DNA of 64,000 bases from Desulfobacterales bacterium (GCA_963674755.2 CAXXVS010000001.1:608001-672000); one strand, 5' to 3'; positions 29,443 through 39,735 are shown, counted from the first letter of the stretch. Notes: a model not told the origin generated them from the sequence alone. Numbers and translations: made by a program.

Positions 29443-30849
29443 ATGGAACCCAAGACCCATGCCATCTGGAACGCCCGCTTTTTCAACATGATCGTCAATT
29501 CCATGGCCGACGGTGTCTTTACGATGGACGCCCTGGGGCGGATTTCTTCCTGGAACCCCGCTATGGAACGCATCAGCGGCTACACGGCCGAAGAGGCCCT
29601 GGGCCAGACATGCGCCCTGCTCCAGTGCAGCCGTTGTTTCGGACAGGAATGTCCCGCCGATATCCACAAATGCCAGATTGTCGAACAGGGGGTTTCCGAG
29701 GCCAAAGAATGCCGGTTGCGACACAAGGCCGGGCATGATGTGGAAGTCATCAAAAATGCCAATGTCGTCCGGGACGAGCAGGGCACCATCATCGGCATCG
29801 TCGAGACCGTGACCGATTTGACGGAACTGAGCCGAGCGCGGCAGAAGGCCAAGGAGGCGGCCCTGCGCTTGGCGGAAATCCACCGGATGGACAATATCAT
29901 CGGCAAAAGCACCGCCATGCGGCAGGTCTTCCAGAATGTCATGGCGGCCGCCTCCAGTGAAGCCACCATCCTGGTGCATGGTGAAAGCGGTACCGGGAAG
30001 GAACTCGTGGCGGGTGCGATCCATTTCAACAGTGAGCGCAAGCACGCCCCGCTCGTCACGGTCAACTGCAGCGCGCTTTCGGAAACCCTTCTAGAGAGTG
30101 AACTTTTCGGCCACGTCAAGGGTGCCTACACCGGCGCTGTGCGTGACCGCGTCGGCCGCTTCGAGGAGGCCGAAGGCGGCACCGTGTTTTTGGATGAAAT
30201 CGGTGAGTTGAGCCCGTTTATCCAGGTCAAGCTGTTGCGGGTATTGCAGGAAAGGGAGATTGAGCGCGTCGGGGAATCGCGCAAACGAAAAATTGATATC
30301 CGCATTATTACCGCCACCCACCAAAATCTCTACACACGGGTTCAGGAAGGAAGCTTCCGCGAGGATCTCTATTACCGCCTAAAGGTGTTTCCGATTCGCC
30401 TGCCGCCGCTTCGGGAACGGCGGGAAGACATCCCCCTGCTGGTCAATCACTTCATAAGCAGCATGAACGAGAAGACCGGCAAAAGGGTCCGCAACCTGTC
30501 ACGGCAGGCCATGCGCACCCTGATGGATTATCACTGGCCAGGCAATGTCCGGGAACTGGAGAATGCCATCGAGCATGCTTTCGTGCTCTGCAACCGCCGG
30601 CAGATCGAATTTGAAGATCTTCCGATTGAAATCCGCCAGCCACCCGGCTACGGTGCATGCGAAATGCCTGTCCAATCTGCGCCGACCACGCCAACCGGAC
30701 GCAAACGGCTGACTCGGGCAACCCTGATCGACGTCCTGGCAGAATGCGACTGGAACAAAGCCGAGGTCGGCCGGCGGGTTGGCTTGAGCCGCACGGCCAT
30801 TTGGAAATACATGAAAAAATGGGATATCCCGCTTCAGCCCGAAGAATAA
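29443..30849 (+). CDS. Sigma54-dependent activator, Cys-rich PAS + AAA+ + HTH
   Basis: [43 protein letters not shown] with [15 protein letters not shown]. Confidence 0.96.
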   Translation: MEPKTHAIWNARFFNMIVNSMADGVFTMDALGRISSWNPAMERISGYTAEEALGQTCALLQCSRCFGQECPADIHKCQIVEQGVSEAKECRLRHKAGHDVEVIKNANVVRDEQGTIIGIVETVTDLTELSRARQKAKEAALRLAEIHRMDNIIGKSTAMRQVFQNVMAAASSEATILVHGESGTGKELVAGAIHFNSERKHAPLVTVNCSALSETLLESELFGHVKGAYTGAVRDRVGRFEEAEGGTVFLDEIGELSPFIQVKLLRVLQEREIERVGESRKRKIDIRIITATHQNLYTRVQEGSFREDLYYRLKVFPIRLPPLRERREDIPLLVNHFISSMNEKTGKRVRNLSRQAMRTLMDYHWPGNVRELENAIEHAFVLCNRRQIEFEDLPIEIRQPPGYGACEMPVQSAPTTPTGRKRLTRATLIDVLAECDWNKAEVGRRVGLSRTAIWKYMKKWDIPLQPEE

Positions 30850-30922
30850 CCCTGGGGTTGCGCCGCGCCCCCGGCAAGCCCTGTGAAAACCGCCATTCCC
30901 AACATCTATTTCTTTTGGGATT

Positions 30923-31852
30923 CTATGGAACAAGCCATAGCGCGCGATCCGTTATCCTCTGGGTTACATACCGGGAAACACTCCCAAAGTAGTGCGCACG
31001 GTCTGCGCCCCGCCTGCCGACAACCACTGTGCCGAACTTTCCCTTCTCCGCTTCTGCGAGGATCATCTTGCCGACGCTGGCCTTTCGTTTGGTCGTTATG
31101 ATGTCGACCCGATCAGCAGCGATACCGGCGTCCTTTAACTTTTGTTCTGCCGCGGCAAAGAATTCCCCCATCAGTCGCTTGGAGCTCTTTGCCACGATAT
31201 CTTGAATGTCCGGATCATCCTTGGCGAAAGAAAGGGCCTCTACGTCCCCTGCTTTCTGGGACACATGGAACAGGCAATACGTTGTCTCTGCATTTTCGAA
31301 GAGCATCGATAGGACATGATCGATTGCGCGATACGAACTTTCGGAGCCGTCAACCGCCACCAGGATCCTTTGCGAGGTCACCTTTCCGTCCACCATCCAC
31401 ACCGGGACCACATCGGCCTTTTCCAGCAACTCCGCACTGGTGCTGCCCATAAAGGTCTTTTGGATTCGCGACAACCCTCTCCGTCCCACCACGATGGCGT
31501 CATAAAGGCCTTTTCGTGCGTATTCCAAAATATCCTGAGATCGTCCCAGCATCCTTTGCGGGGAAACCATTTCGATGCGTTTGTCGGAAACCCCCTTTTT
31601 GATCATCCACTCTTTTTGCTTTTCAATGAGCATTTGGGCTTCCGCTGTGTTTTTTGTGATGACCTTTTTTAAGCTTGCATAGGCCTTTGAATTGGTTCGG
31701 GCCTCTTGCACAAGGTATTGTGAAATCATCGGTTGCTCGTGAAAAAGGGTAAAGGTGACATCTTTCGAACCACTGAACATTTTGGTTGCATAGCGCAATG
31801 ATTGATTCGAGTGGATTGAATCATCGACGGCTATCAGGATTTTTTTCTCCAT
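30923..31852 (-). CDS. Tandem-domain universal stress protein
   Basis: KILIAVDDS..VVGRRG..MGS and RILVAVDGS..VVGRRG..FGSVS; ATG 31852 behind AAGGAGG. Confidence 0.93.
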   Translation of the reverse strand: MEKKILIAVDDSIHSNQSLRYATKMFSGSKDVTFTLFHEQPMISQYLVQEARTNSKAYASLKKVITKNTAEAQMLIEKQKEWMIKKGVSDKRIEMVSPQRMLGRSQDILEYARKGLYDAIVVGRRGLSRIQKTFMGSTSAELLEKADVVPVWMVDGKVTSQRILVAVDGSESSYRAIDHVLSMLFENAETTYCLFHVSQKAGDVEALSFAKDDPDIQDIVAKSSKRLMGEFFAAAEQKLKDAGIAADRVDIITTKRKASVGKMILAEAEKGKFGTVVVGRRGADRAHYFGSVSRYVTQRITDRALWLVP

Positions 31853-32015
31853 GATATTGCCTCCTTTTTTGGTGAAACGGCCATTCCCTCGTTTCGAATC
31901 ACACCACCCCTCGCCCATGGATCAAAACCAATACCCGTTCTGTTCTTTTTAAAGGTATCCCTCTTGCCCTACACAAGCGCTTTGAAACTTTACCACTGGC
32001 AGGGCGGAAGAGGTA

Positions 32016-32486
32016 TTATTCCACCACCCACACCGTGCAGTTGCGCGCATGGTTGACGATCTTGCTGGAGACACTACCGAAGAGAAACTCTTCGCTTCGT
32101 GAAAGCCCCTGTCGACCAACCACAATGGTGTTGCATTTCGTTTGGCTGCGTTCCGCCAGGATGCACTCCGCAAGGGAAGGACAGTAGCGAAGGGTGGAAC
32201 GAACCGACACATCCGCCGGATCAAAGCCCTCAGCGATCAGAAGCTGTCGATAATTCTTAAGCATGGCATCGACCTGCTGTTTATATTCAGCGAGCCATTT
32301 GTCTTTGTCAGCCGAGGTGGGGAAATAATCTTCTTCCGGTTGACGAATAACATGCAGGATCAGCACCTCAAAACCGCTTATGCCTGAAAGTAACCGGCTT
32401 ACATATAATACCGCCCGGTAGGCATTTTCGGACTCGTCCACGGCAATCAGGATCTTTTTGTTGAAACCCGTCTCATCATGGCTCAT
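32016..32486 (-). CDS. Universal stress protein
   Basis: KILIAVDES..IVVGRQG..FGSVS..TVWVV. Confidence 0.92.
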   Translation of the reverse strand: MSHDETGFNKKILIAVDESENAYRAVLYVSRLLSGISGFEVLILHVIRQPEEDYFPTSADKDKWLAEYKQQVDAMLKNYRQLLIAEGFDPADVSVRSTLRYCPSLAECILAERSQTKCNTIVVGRQGLSRSEEFLFGSVSSKIVNHARNCTVWVVE

Positions 32487-32531
32487 TTTTTTCGCCTCCG
32501 GTCTTTGCGTCCCTGCCGGCGATGCTATGTA

Positions 32532-32786
32532 GTGCCCATCAATACATGCCATCTTTTAGCCCCTGGCCCGCCGCCGGTGGACCGGGTCCCCGAATAGGGA
32601 TCAATCCACCTTTGGCGGACAAGTCGGCGTTCTCGCCTCCTGTCGGTCCTCGGCGTAGCCGCGCTGCGCCTGTGGGCGCCAGTCGGCTGCGCTTTGTTGA
32701 ACAACGATGTGTTCAAAGATCAGATGTGAAATCCCGCGCTGTGCGGCGGGACCAGAAACCAAAATCTACCGCTGCCGGATGGGCAC
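32532..32786 (+). mobile_element. Longest copy of the MITE-like family
   Basis: Ends GTGCCCATC / GATGGGCAC, flanks TATGTA / TATATA; carries internal modules of both the 9229 and 9378 copies. Confidence 0.8.
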
Positions 32787-33743
32787 TATATATGCTTCCA
32801 AATCATGCAACAACTGCACCGTATTTTCATAAAACCAATTGGCGCCTTTGGAAAAGTGCATCAAAATCCGGTTGAGTTCTTCAGGGATGTAAGGGTAAAT
32901 CTTCCTCAGATTGGCAACACGGTTGTTAAACACGATATTCAAATCTTCATCGGCAAGCCTATCTATACCAGGGTTGCCCTGTTGCATCAGCTCCGGCAGC
33001 AGCACGTCTCCCATACCCACCAAGAATATCAATACATTCCCCAGGCCGAACAGATCGTAGCCGTATAGGTTCTCCCGGTGGCGGTAATTGAAGTCAAAAT
33101 CGATCCAGCGGTACCGCCCGCTATGGCGGTCTATCAGAATATGATCACGCCGAATATCGCCGTGCTTTTCACCATGTTCGTGAAGAAAGCGGATCGCCCC
33201 GAGGCATTCCATAAAGTTGTTCAGAATGCCCGGCAGACGCTCGTAAAAATACGTCTGATGGTCCAGTCCGATCTTTTCGACATAACCATAAAGCGTTTGG
33301 CCATGGATGAAATCGAGTACGCGTATAAGATTTCCCGCTTGATCCGTTGTGGCATAGCCGTGCATGAAGTTCTTATGGGCGGTGACCAGATCCAGAATAC
33401 GGGCTTCTTTCTTGGGGCTGCGAAAACACTCGAAGGCGATGCCGCCAATATGACTCGTAAATTTTTCGTAAAAAACCAGCTTGAGAATCTTTGGATCTCC
33501 GGTTTGCAGATCAATGGCGCGCTTCACCCAGAATTTGATATCGTCATCAATGCCGAACCGTCCTTCTTTGGCATTATGGCGAATGAGATATGGGTGACCG
33601 TTTAGAACAACCACATCACCATAATCCACCTGAAAAAAATCCGTGGTGTCCGTATGGACTCGAAAACTTTGAGCGCCATGGGTGGGAGGCAACCACCGGG
33701 AAGCCATTTGTCGGAGGTCTTCTTGGGAGGGAGACGCTGTCAT
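32766..33743 (-). CDS. Atypical protein-kinase-fold protein
   Basis: EGRFG, KILKL, E of helix C, HGDIRRDHILI catalytic loop, WIDFD, DLFGLG. Confidence 0.8.
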   Translation of the reverse strand: MTASPSQEDLRQMASRWLPPTHGAQSFRVHTDTTDFFQVDYGDVVVLNGHPYLIRHNAKEGRFGIDDDIKFWVKRAIDLQTGDPKILKLVFYEKFTSHIGGIAFECFRSPKKEARILDLVTAHKNFMHGYATTDQAGNLIRVLDFIHGQTLYGYVEKIGLDHQTYFYERLPGILNNFMECLGAIRFLHEHGEKHGDIRRDHILIDRHSGRYRWIDFDFNYRHRENLYGYDLFGLGNVLIFLVGMGDVLLPELMQQGNPGIDRLADEDLNIVFNNRVANLRKIYPYIPEELNRILMHFSKGANWFYENTVQLLHDLEAYIVPIRQR

Positions 33744-33943
33744 TGCGACGGTGCCTTATACTGATCGCTGACCCTGTACCAGTTAACAAACCGTGCGCCG
33801 CTATAATTCCCGCCGGCCTGGCGGATTCTCATTTTTGACCCGCCAAGCAGGACAGGCCTTGCCACCGGTGACCAATGGCGCCACGCCCCGGGCGATCATT
33901 TATCTGCGATGATCCAATTCCGGGGACGTTTGTTTGGCTATCC

Positions 33944-34606
33944 TTACCCGCCGTTGCTGTGCAGCCTTTGTGCCTGATCGGTCAGCAGCTTTCTAAACCG
34001 GTCCAGGGTAACCGGGTAGGGGATGATGGGAATCCCCATCCAATCGGAATATTCCAGAAACCCTTCTGGGTCTTCCGCCATGTAAGTGTCCAGATAGCCA
34101 ATGCCATCCAAAACAACGGCACCGCCGGTGTGTTTCGGGAAATTTTCGTTGGCCAAGCCCTTGTCCCACCCTTTGAAGACGTCTTTGCGGAATTTGACCC
34201 AGCCGGGCGTCATCCACCAGACCGGTTCGCCGCCGGCCACTTCCCCGGCAATGCGCTCCCTCTCGCTTTCGCTGGCCAGCATGTCCATGCAGTGGGTGGC
34301 CTCGATGCGGGCGACCCCCCGGCCCTGCTCCTCCATGATGGTCTGCATCAGCCGGGTCGGCTCGTCCACATTGACGTAGCAAAATTTCCCGCCGTAGACG
34401 ACGATGACCTTGCCGTGTTTTTCCTTGGCCTTGCCGACCAGCCTCACCAGTTGACGTTCCATCTCGGGAATATCCTGGTGCAGTCCCGGTGTGGTGTAAT
34501 AAATTTGAGGGGTATCCAGAAAACCTTCTGCCTTCAAATAATTCAATTCAAGACTCAACGTCCCACAGGAGACAATACCGATACCTGAAAATGATATTTC
34601 ATCCAT
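33944..34606 (-). CDS. DUF1638 family protein
   Basis: IVSCGTL..E, PGLH, VVYG..C, HCMDML, WMTPGW. Confidence 0.82.
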   Translation of the reverse strand: MDEISFSGIGIVSCGTLSLELNYLKAEGFLDTPQIYYTTPGLHQDIPEMERQLVRLVGKAKEKHGKVIVVYGGKFCYVNVDEPTRLMQTIMEEQGRGVARIEATHCMDMLASESERERIAGEVAGGEPVWWMTPGWVKFRKDVFKGWDKGLANENFPKHTGGAVVLDGIGYLDTYMAEDPEGFLEYSDWMGIPIIPYPVTLDRFRKLLTDQAQRLHSNGG

Positions 34607-34676
34607 GATTATCCTCGTGCCGCAGCGTAGGGGTTAGGAGTGTCCGCATTCCCAAAAGGGCTCATGATCCAATAAG

Positions 34677-34692
34677 TACAAAATCAGTGCCA
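34677..34692 (-). promoter_or_regulatory. Sigma54 -24/-12 promoter (variant -12)
   Basis: Minus strand TGGCACTGATTTTGTA. Confidence 0.7.
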
Positions 34693-34818
34693 ACTAGGTC
34701 TGCAGCCGTACGGGAAAATTTCGCCCCCGATAGGCGTGGGCGCCCACGGGGATATTGACGATGCCGGTCGCAAATGATGTAAAACGGTTCCGCCTATAAG
34801 GGAGAGCCCGGTCAAAAG

Positions 34819-34834
34819 GTAACGTTTAGTAACG
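34819..34834. promoter_or_regulatory. Candidate upstream activator sequence
   Basis: GTAACG-TTTA-GTAACG, 10-bp period. Confidence 0.55.
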
Positions 34835-34975
34835 TTCTCTTTACGGTGGTGCCCATGCAAGAAATGATTTCATTGGGATGCTGTATATCGCAGCCATTGC
34901 ATTGGCTTATTGAAAAGCTGCCTGCGGTCGGCTCCGGCCTACGCTGTCTGACGAATCGAGGTGATGCAATCCGCC

Positions 34976-37057
34976 TCATCCGATGAATTTCACCGCGACG
35001 CAGGTCACGTCATCGGAACGGCTGCTGCCTTCCTGGAAAGTCACCACCGCATCCATCACCGCCGTGGCGATGACTTTGGCATCGGCGCCGGCATTCTGCC
35101 GGATGATCTGTTTAACCCGCGTTTTGCCGAAAAATCCGCCCTGGGCATCACGCGCTTCCCAAATCCCGTCGGTGCCGAGAAAACAGATTTCGCCCGGGTG
35201 GAAGGGGTGGCTTTCCTCCAGATAGATCTCTGACTTGTTGACGCCGAAGGGCAGTCCCTTGCCCACCCCCTTCAAGGTGGTGAAGGTATCGCTGGCCGGA
35301 TTATACAACAGGGCCGGATCGTGGCCGGCGCGGACCCACTGGATGCGCTGTCGATCCCGATCCAGGCGGGCCAGGAAAAGGGTCACGAAGTCGCCGGTCG
35401 CTTCCACATCCTCGGAAAAAACGGCATTGGCATCCTGGGCGATGGCGCTCATGGTGCCCGCCAGGCGCGCGCGCATGCGCAGCGCCGATCGCACCGAGGC
35501 CATGAGAAGGGCCGATGAGATGCCATGGCCGGAGACATCCCCGATGGCGATACACACGCGCCCCTGATCCGCCTCATCGCAGAGGAAATCGTAGTAATCC
35601 CCGCCGGCCATGTTGCTGTAAAGGGTTTGGCCGAAGATATCAAAGCCCGCGATGTGCGGGGGATGCGGCAACAAATGCGCCTGAATTTCAGAGGCCAGTT
35701 CAACAGCGTGCCGGATCGCATAGGCGCGGGACAACTCCGGCCCGATGCGGTTGAAAACCCCGGCCAACTCGCCGATCTCGTCGTGCGAAGCGATGGCCAC
35801 CCGGGCCTCCAGATCGCCTCCGGCCAGCTTGCGGGCGGCCCGGGTCAATTTTTCCAGGGGTTTGGTCACAATCCGGGAGAAGGCCAGGGCGGCCAGAATT
35901 GCTGCCAGGGCCAGGATCCCAAGGAAAACCGCTGTCAATAGCTCGACGCGCCGGGTCCGGTCCTGAATCGTCGCCAGCAACGCCTGCATGGCGGGCTTGG
36001 CCTCCATCGGTACCACCAGCACCAGGCCGGCGCCCTGATGGGGCAGCGGACTGAAATCCCAGTAGCAGGCCTGCCCCCCAAGCCGAACCTGGTGGATCGA
36101 AGGGCGCAGGCGGTGGAAGTCATTCAGGATCTTCTGGTATGCCGCATCGTCTTCACGAAGCCCCAGATCCTCGGGTCTGATCGTTTTAAGGGGGCCACCC
36201 CGCCCGGGGGCCCATCCGGTCCGGGAGAAGACCTGAATCACAGTGCGGCCCGTTTGCGGATCCGGTGTCAGCTTGCCGATGAAGGCGAAGCGGCCCGTTT
36301 CGGTGGCGGCGGGGTCCAGGGAAAGGTCGAGCATCTTGTCCAGATCGATGATGATGCTGGTCACGCCGAAAATATCATCCTCATGGCAATACAACGGCAG
36401 GGAAAGCGCGATAGCCGGGCGCCCCGTGTCCGGATCGATATAAGGGGCCGACCAATAGGAAAGCCGCTCTTGGAGAACCGAGGGATACCAGTCCCCATAG
36501 TGGCCAGTGGCGGCGGCACAATAACCGGGTCGGCAAGGATAGACACCGACCCAATGGTTGATCATCGTATAATGCCGCAGCACGATGGCCCCCAGGTGGT
36601 CCTCGATGGTGTCATAAACCGGCAGGAGGGCGCTAAAATCCGCCAAAACAGGGCCGGCCATGTCGGGCGGGACGCCCTCACCGCCGAAAACCAGATGCCG
36701 GGCGTCGGGGGTGCCCGGGGCGTGTTCCGTCAGCGCCGGCGGCGAAAGGGGCGGGACCGCCGCAACCGGATCGAACGGTTGGCATGGGCTCACCTGCCGC
36801 AACAGCCGGCGGGCTTCATAGGTCTGGAAAAGCAGGGCGGTTTCCAGCTTTTCAAGGGTCTGGCTGATCCTTTTTTGGTGGTGCTTGGCAACGGCGTTAA
36901 AGCGCAGATCATTGCTCTTCTGGGCGTTGAGATTGACCTGCCGGATGACCTCGTCGGCAAACAGGTGGACATTGTGGATGCCAAACGCACGCAATGCCAG
37001 GATGGGCACGATGGACAGACAAACGAGAAGAATAATCAGTTTTTTGCGGAAGCCCAT
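34976..37057 (-). CDS. Membrane sensor with Cache and HAMP domains and a SpoIIE/RsbU PP2C phosphatase
   Basis: Two TM, WSAPYID, HAMP (PLEKL..DEIGELA), GGDYYDF, IGDVSGHG, RAGH, TDGIWE, DDVT. Confidence 0.92.
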   Translation of the reverse strand: MGFRKKLIILLVCLSIVPILALRAFGIHNVHLFADEVIRQVNLNAQKSNDLRFNAVAKHHQKRISQTLEKLETALLFQTYEARRLLRQVSPCQPFDPVAAVPPLSPPALTEHAPGTPDARHLVFGGEGVPPDMAGPVLADFSALLPVYDTIEDHLGAIVLRHYTMINHWVGVYPCRPGYCAAATGHYGDWYPSVLQERLSYWSAPYIDPDTGRPAIALSLPLYCHEDDIFGVTSIIIDLDKMLDLSLDPAATETGRFAFIGKLTPDPQTGRTVIQVFSRTGWAPGRGGPLKTIRPEDLGLREDDAAYQKILNDFHRLRPSIHQVRLGGQACYWDFSPLPHQGAGLVLVVPMEAKPAMQALLATIQDRTRRVELLTAVFLGILALAAILAALAFSRIVTKPLEKLTRAARKLAGGDLEARVAIASHDEIGELAGVFNRIGPELSRAYAIRHAVELASEIQAHLLPHPPHIAGFDIFGQTLYSNMAGGDYYDFLCDEADQGRVCIAIGDVSGHGISSALLMASVRSALRMRARLAGTMSAIAQDANAVFSEDVEATGDFVTLFLARLDRDRQRIQWVRAGHDPALLYNPASDTFTTLKGVGKGLPFGVNKSEIYLEESHPFHPGEICFLGTDGIWEARDAQGGFFGKTRVKQIIRQNAGADAKVIATAVMDAVVTFQEGSSRSDDVTCVAVKFIG

Positions 37058-37317
37058 GCTCTCCCCCTGCCGACACCGGGGAAAGCGCCTTTTTTCGGTA
37101 TCGGGCCGCTCCCCCGTGTGGGCCGGCCCATTGACATTCGCGGCCACTGCGGGACGCTACGACCGCCGGGTGACGACCGGCGCCCCGAGCCGGGCCGGAA
37201 CGCCCGGGGCTAATATTGCACATTATCTCATAAAGAAGCCGGTTGTCAAAAACCGGTCAACCCGGTCCGCATCAAACCGCCGCCAGGGTGGGGATTAAGG
37301 CTTCGCTTCCGCGCCCG

Positions 37318-37581
37318 TCAGTCGGAATCCGGATAACGCTCGCCGACGGGAATTCGCTCGCCGGGCCGCCAGGTGTCGAAATCCGCCGCTTCGACAAAAT
37401 CGCCGGCCGCGACCTTCGACTTCACCCATACGATGCGGGTATCACATTCCCAGACCCTTTTGCCCAGTTGCTTCTGCCGTTTGGAGAGGGCCTTTTCGGC
37501 ATTCTCGCGGCTGCGATGGACGGATATGACTTTTTTGCGTGGTTTGGAAAGATCGTACCGGTCAAAAATGAGGGCATACAT
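37318..37581 (-). CDS. Small hypothetical protein
   Basis: AAGGAGG RBS before ATG 37581; 87 aa MYALIFD..WRPGE. Confidence 0.7.
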   Translation of the reverse strand: MYALIFDRYDLSKPRKKVISVHRSRENAEKALSKRQKQLGKRVWECDTRIVWVKSKVAAGDFVEAADFDTWRPGERIPVGERYPDSD

Positions 37582-38056
37582 GGGAACCTCCTTTTGGGGT
37601 TTGGGTTCGATCCCGGCCACCGGCCGCCGCAAGGAATTGCCTGTCGGCGCGTATCGTGTGGCAGACGACCGAGGCTTGTTCACGGCCCCGGTCAAGTGCC
37701 GGGGCGTTGTCCAGGTCGATTCATACCTCTCGACCATCTGCGGGCCGGCATATTTAATCCAGGGGGCGCAGGTTCTTGTTCCATATCTTTTCCAGCGCAT
37801 AGGGATTTACCGCACTATGGCAATGGCATCGACTGCCATCCTGATCATGCAGTTTTCAAGAAATATGCCATAAATGCCTGGCAGCCGGCCGGCGGGGCGT
37901 GGAGACGGGCGTCTATCCGGGAAAGGGTTGCCTTGGCATCGGGGAGGCCTAACGTGCACGGCCCCGGCGGACAATCCGCCAGGGCCGTGTGCTAGGAGGT
38001 GAGAGCAAGACAATAGCTGATGGAGGGGTTGCCAAGCTTACTCTGGTGATTTTTTA

Positions 38057-38072
38057 AGCAAATGGCATGCCA
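38057..38072 (-). promoter_or_regulatory. Near-consensus sigma54 promoter
   Basis: Minus strand TGGCATGCCATTTGCT; weaker second match TGGCATATTTCTTGAA at 37855-37870. Confidence 0.6.
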
Positions 38073-38075
38073 GTT

Positions 38076-39470
38076 TTATTTTAGCGTTGCTTTCGTCTGA
38101 CGGGGTGCAATGCCGTAACGCTTCATCTGGTTCCAGACGCTGGTGCGGGACATGCCCAGTTGCCGGGCCGCCGCGGACTGGTTGCCGCCGCTGGTCTCCA
38201 GGGCCCGCAGCAGGCGCGCTTTTTTCAAATCGTCCAGGTTGGCGGTGGCTGCCGGCATGCGGTTGTCGGACGCTTCGGGCAGGTCCTCGATGATGTGGCG
38301 CGGCAGGTTTTCAGGGATGATGGCGTTCCCCTGGCAGGAGACGAAGGCAAATTCGAAAGCGCTTTTCAACTCCCGCACATTACCCGGCCAGGTGTAGCGC
38401 ATGAGGGCTTCCAGGGCCGGATTGGAGATCCCCTGGATATGCTTGCTGCTTTTCAGTTGGATCCGGTTGAAAAAGGAACGGGCCAGCAGCGGAATGTCGT
38501 CGATCCGCTCGCGCAGCGGCGGCACATGGATCGGGATGACGTTGATGCGGTAGTAGAAATCTTCCCGGAAACGCCCTCTGGCGATCAGCTCGGGCAGGTC
38601 CCGGTTGGTGGCCGAAATAATCCGCGTATCGATGGCAATGGGGCGGTTATCGCCCACCCGTTCCACCACCTTCTCTTCCAGGACCCGCAGCAGCTTGACC
38701 TGGGTGGAAAGCGGCAAGTCGCCGATTTCATCGAGGAAAATATCCCCCTTGTGGGCCAGTTCGAAGCGGCCTTCCCGGTCGCGGTGGGCACCGGTGTAGG
38801 CGCCTTTGACATGCCCGAAAAGCTCGCTCTCCAGCAGGGATTCGTTCAAAGCGGCGCAGTTGACCTTGATATAGGGATTTTTGCTGCGCTGGCTGGTCTC
38901 ATGAATGGCCCGGGCTACCAGTTCCTTGCCGGTGCCGCTTTCGCCGTAAATGATAACAGGCGCATCGGATTGGGCCGCATTGGTTATCAATTCAAATATT
39001 TGTTGCATCTGGGCCGAAGTGCCGATCATGCCGTGAAAGCGGTCCTCCGCATCCAGCTCCCGGCGGAAGGAGGCGATCTGGGTCTCCTTGTCCATCAGAT
39101 CGGTAATGTCGGTCATGGTTTCCACGGCCCCGGTGACGTTCCCGGCCCCGTCCTTGAGCACGGAAGCATTCTTGACCACACTGATGGCCTGTCCGTCCTT
39201 GCGCACCAGGAGGCATTTCTGGCGCCGCAGGCGCCCCTTCTCAAACATGGCGCACCACTGGCACTGGCCTTTGCCGCGGATGATTTCGCACGAGGTGCAA
39301 TTGAGAATGGCGCAGGACTGGCCGACGATTTCCGCGCGTCCATATCCGGTAATCTCTTCGAATGCGCGGTTCACCGAAACGATCGTGCCCTCGGGGCTGA
39401 CGATCATGACGCCGTCCTGAATCGTGTCCACGACCGTTTTCCAATATTGATTCACATCGTGCGGCTGCAT
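38076..39470 (-). CDS. Sigma54-dependent activator, Cys-rich PAS + AAA+ + HTH
   Basis: [35 protein letters not shown] with CAILNCTSC..CQWC. Confidence 0.96.
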   Translation of the reverse strand: MQPHDVNQYWKTVVDTIQDGVMIVSPEGTIVSVNRAFEEITGYGRAEIVGQSCAILNCTSCEIIRGKGQCQWCAMFEKGRLRRQKCLLVRKDGQAISVVKNASVLKDGAGNVTGAVETMTDITDLMDKETQIASFRRELDAEDRFHGMIGTSAQMQQIFELITNAAQSDAPVIIYGESGTGKELVARAIHETSQRSKNPYIKVNCAALNESLLESELFGHVKGAYTGAHRDREGRFELAHKGDIFLDEIGDLPLSTQVKLLRVLEEKVVERVGDNRPIAIDTRIISATNRDLPELIARGRFREDFYYRINVIPIHVPPLRERIDDIPLLARSFFNRIQLKSSKHIQGISNPALEALMRYTWPGNVRELKSAFEFAFVSCQGNAIIPENLPRHIIEDLPEASDNRMPAATANLDDLKKARLLRALETSGGNQSAAARQLGMSRTSVWNQMKRYGIAPRQTKATLK

Positions 39471-39661
39471 GGGCCCTCTGTTCAAAAAGTTAACGTTTTA
39501 GTTGTTCACTAAATTAACATGTGAACAGGGCCTTGGCAAGGGGCCATGGGGGCCGGCAGGATCCCGGCCCCCCGGCGGGCCCATCCGGACTGTCTGCCAA
39601 CATGCCGAAAACAGGAGATTTCCTCTATCGGCTCGCCCGCCCCCCTGGTCTGCGGGAAAAA

Positions 39662-39677
39662 TGGCACGAAAATTGGT
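39662..39677 (+). promoter_or_regulatory. Sigma54 promoter for the tusA-hdr operon
   Basis: TGGCACGAAAATTGGT, 59 nt before the first ATG. Confidence 0.65.
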
Positions 39678-39735
39678 TAAGGAAAGCGCATCCGCTAACG
39701 ACGCCATGATGGAAATTGCAACCCGGGAAGGACCG

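Noticed and set aside
33785..33800. Internal sigma54 promoter before the kinase (CGGCGCACGGTTTGTT on the minus strand)
   Set aside because: Too many mismatches and no adjacent GTAACG repeat
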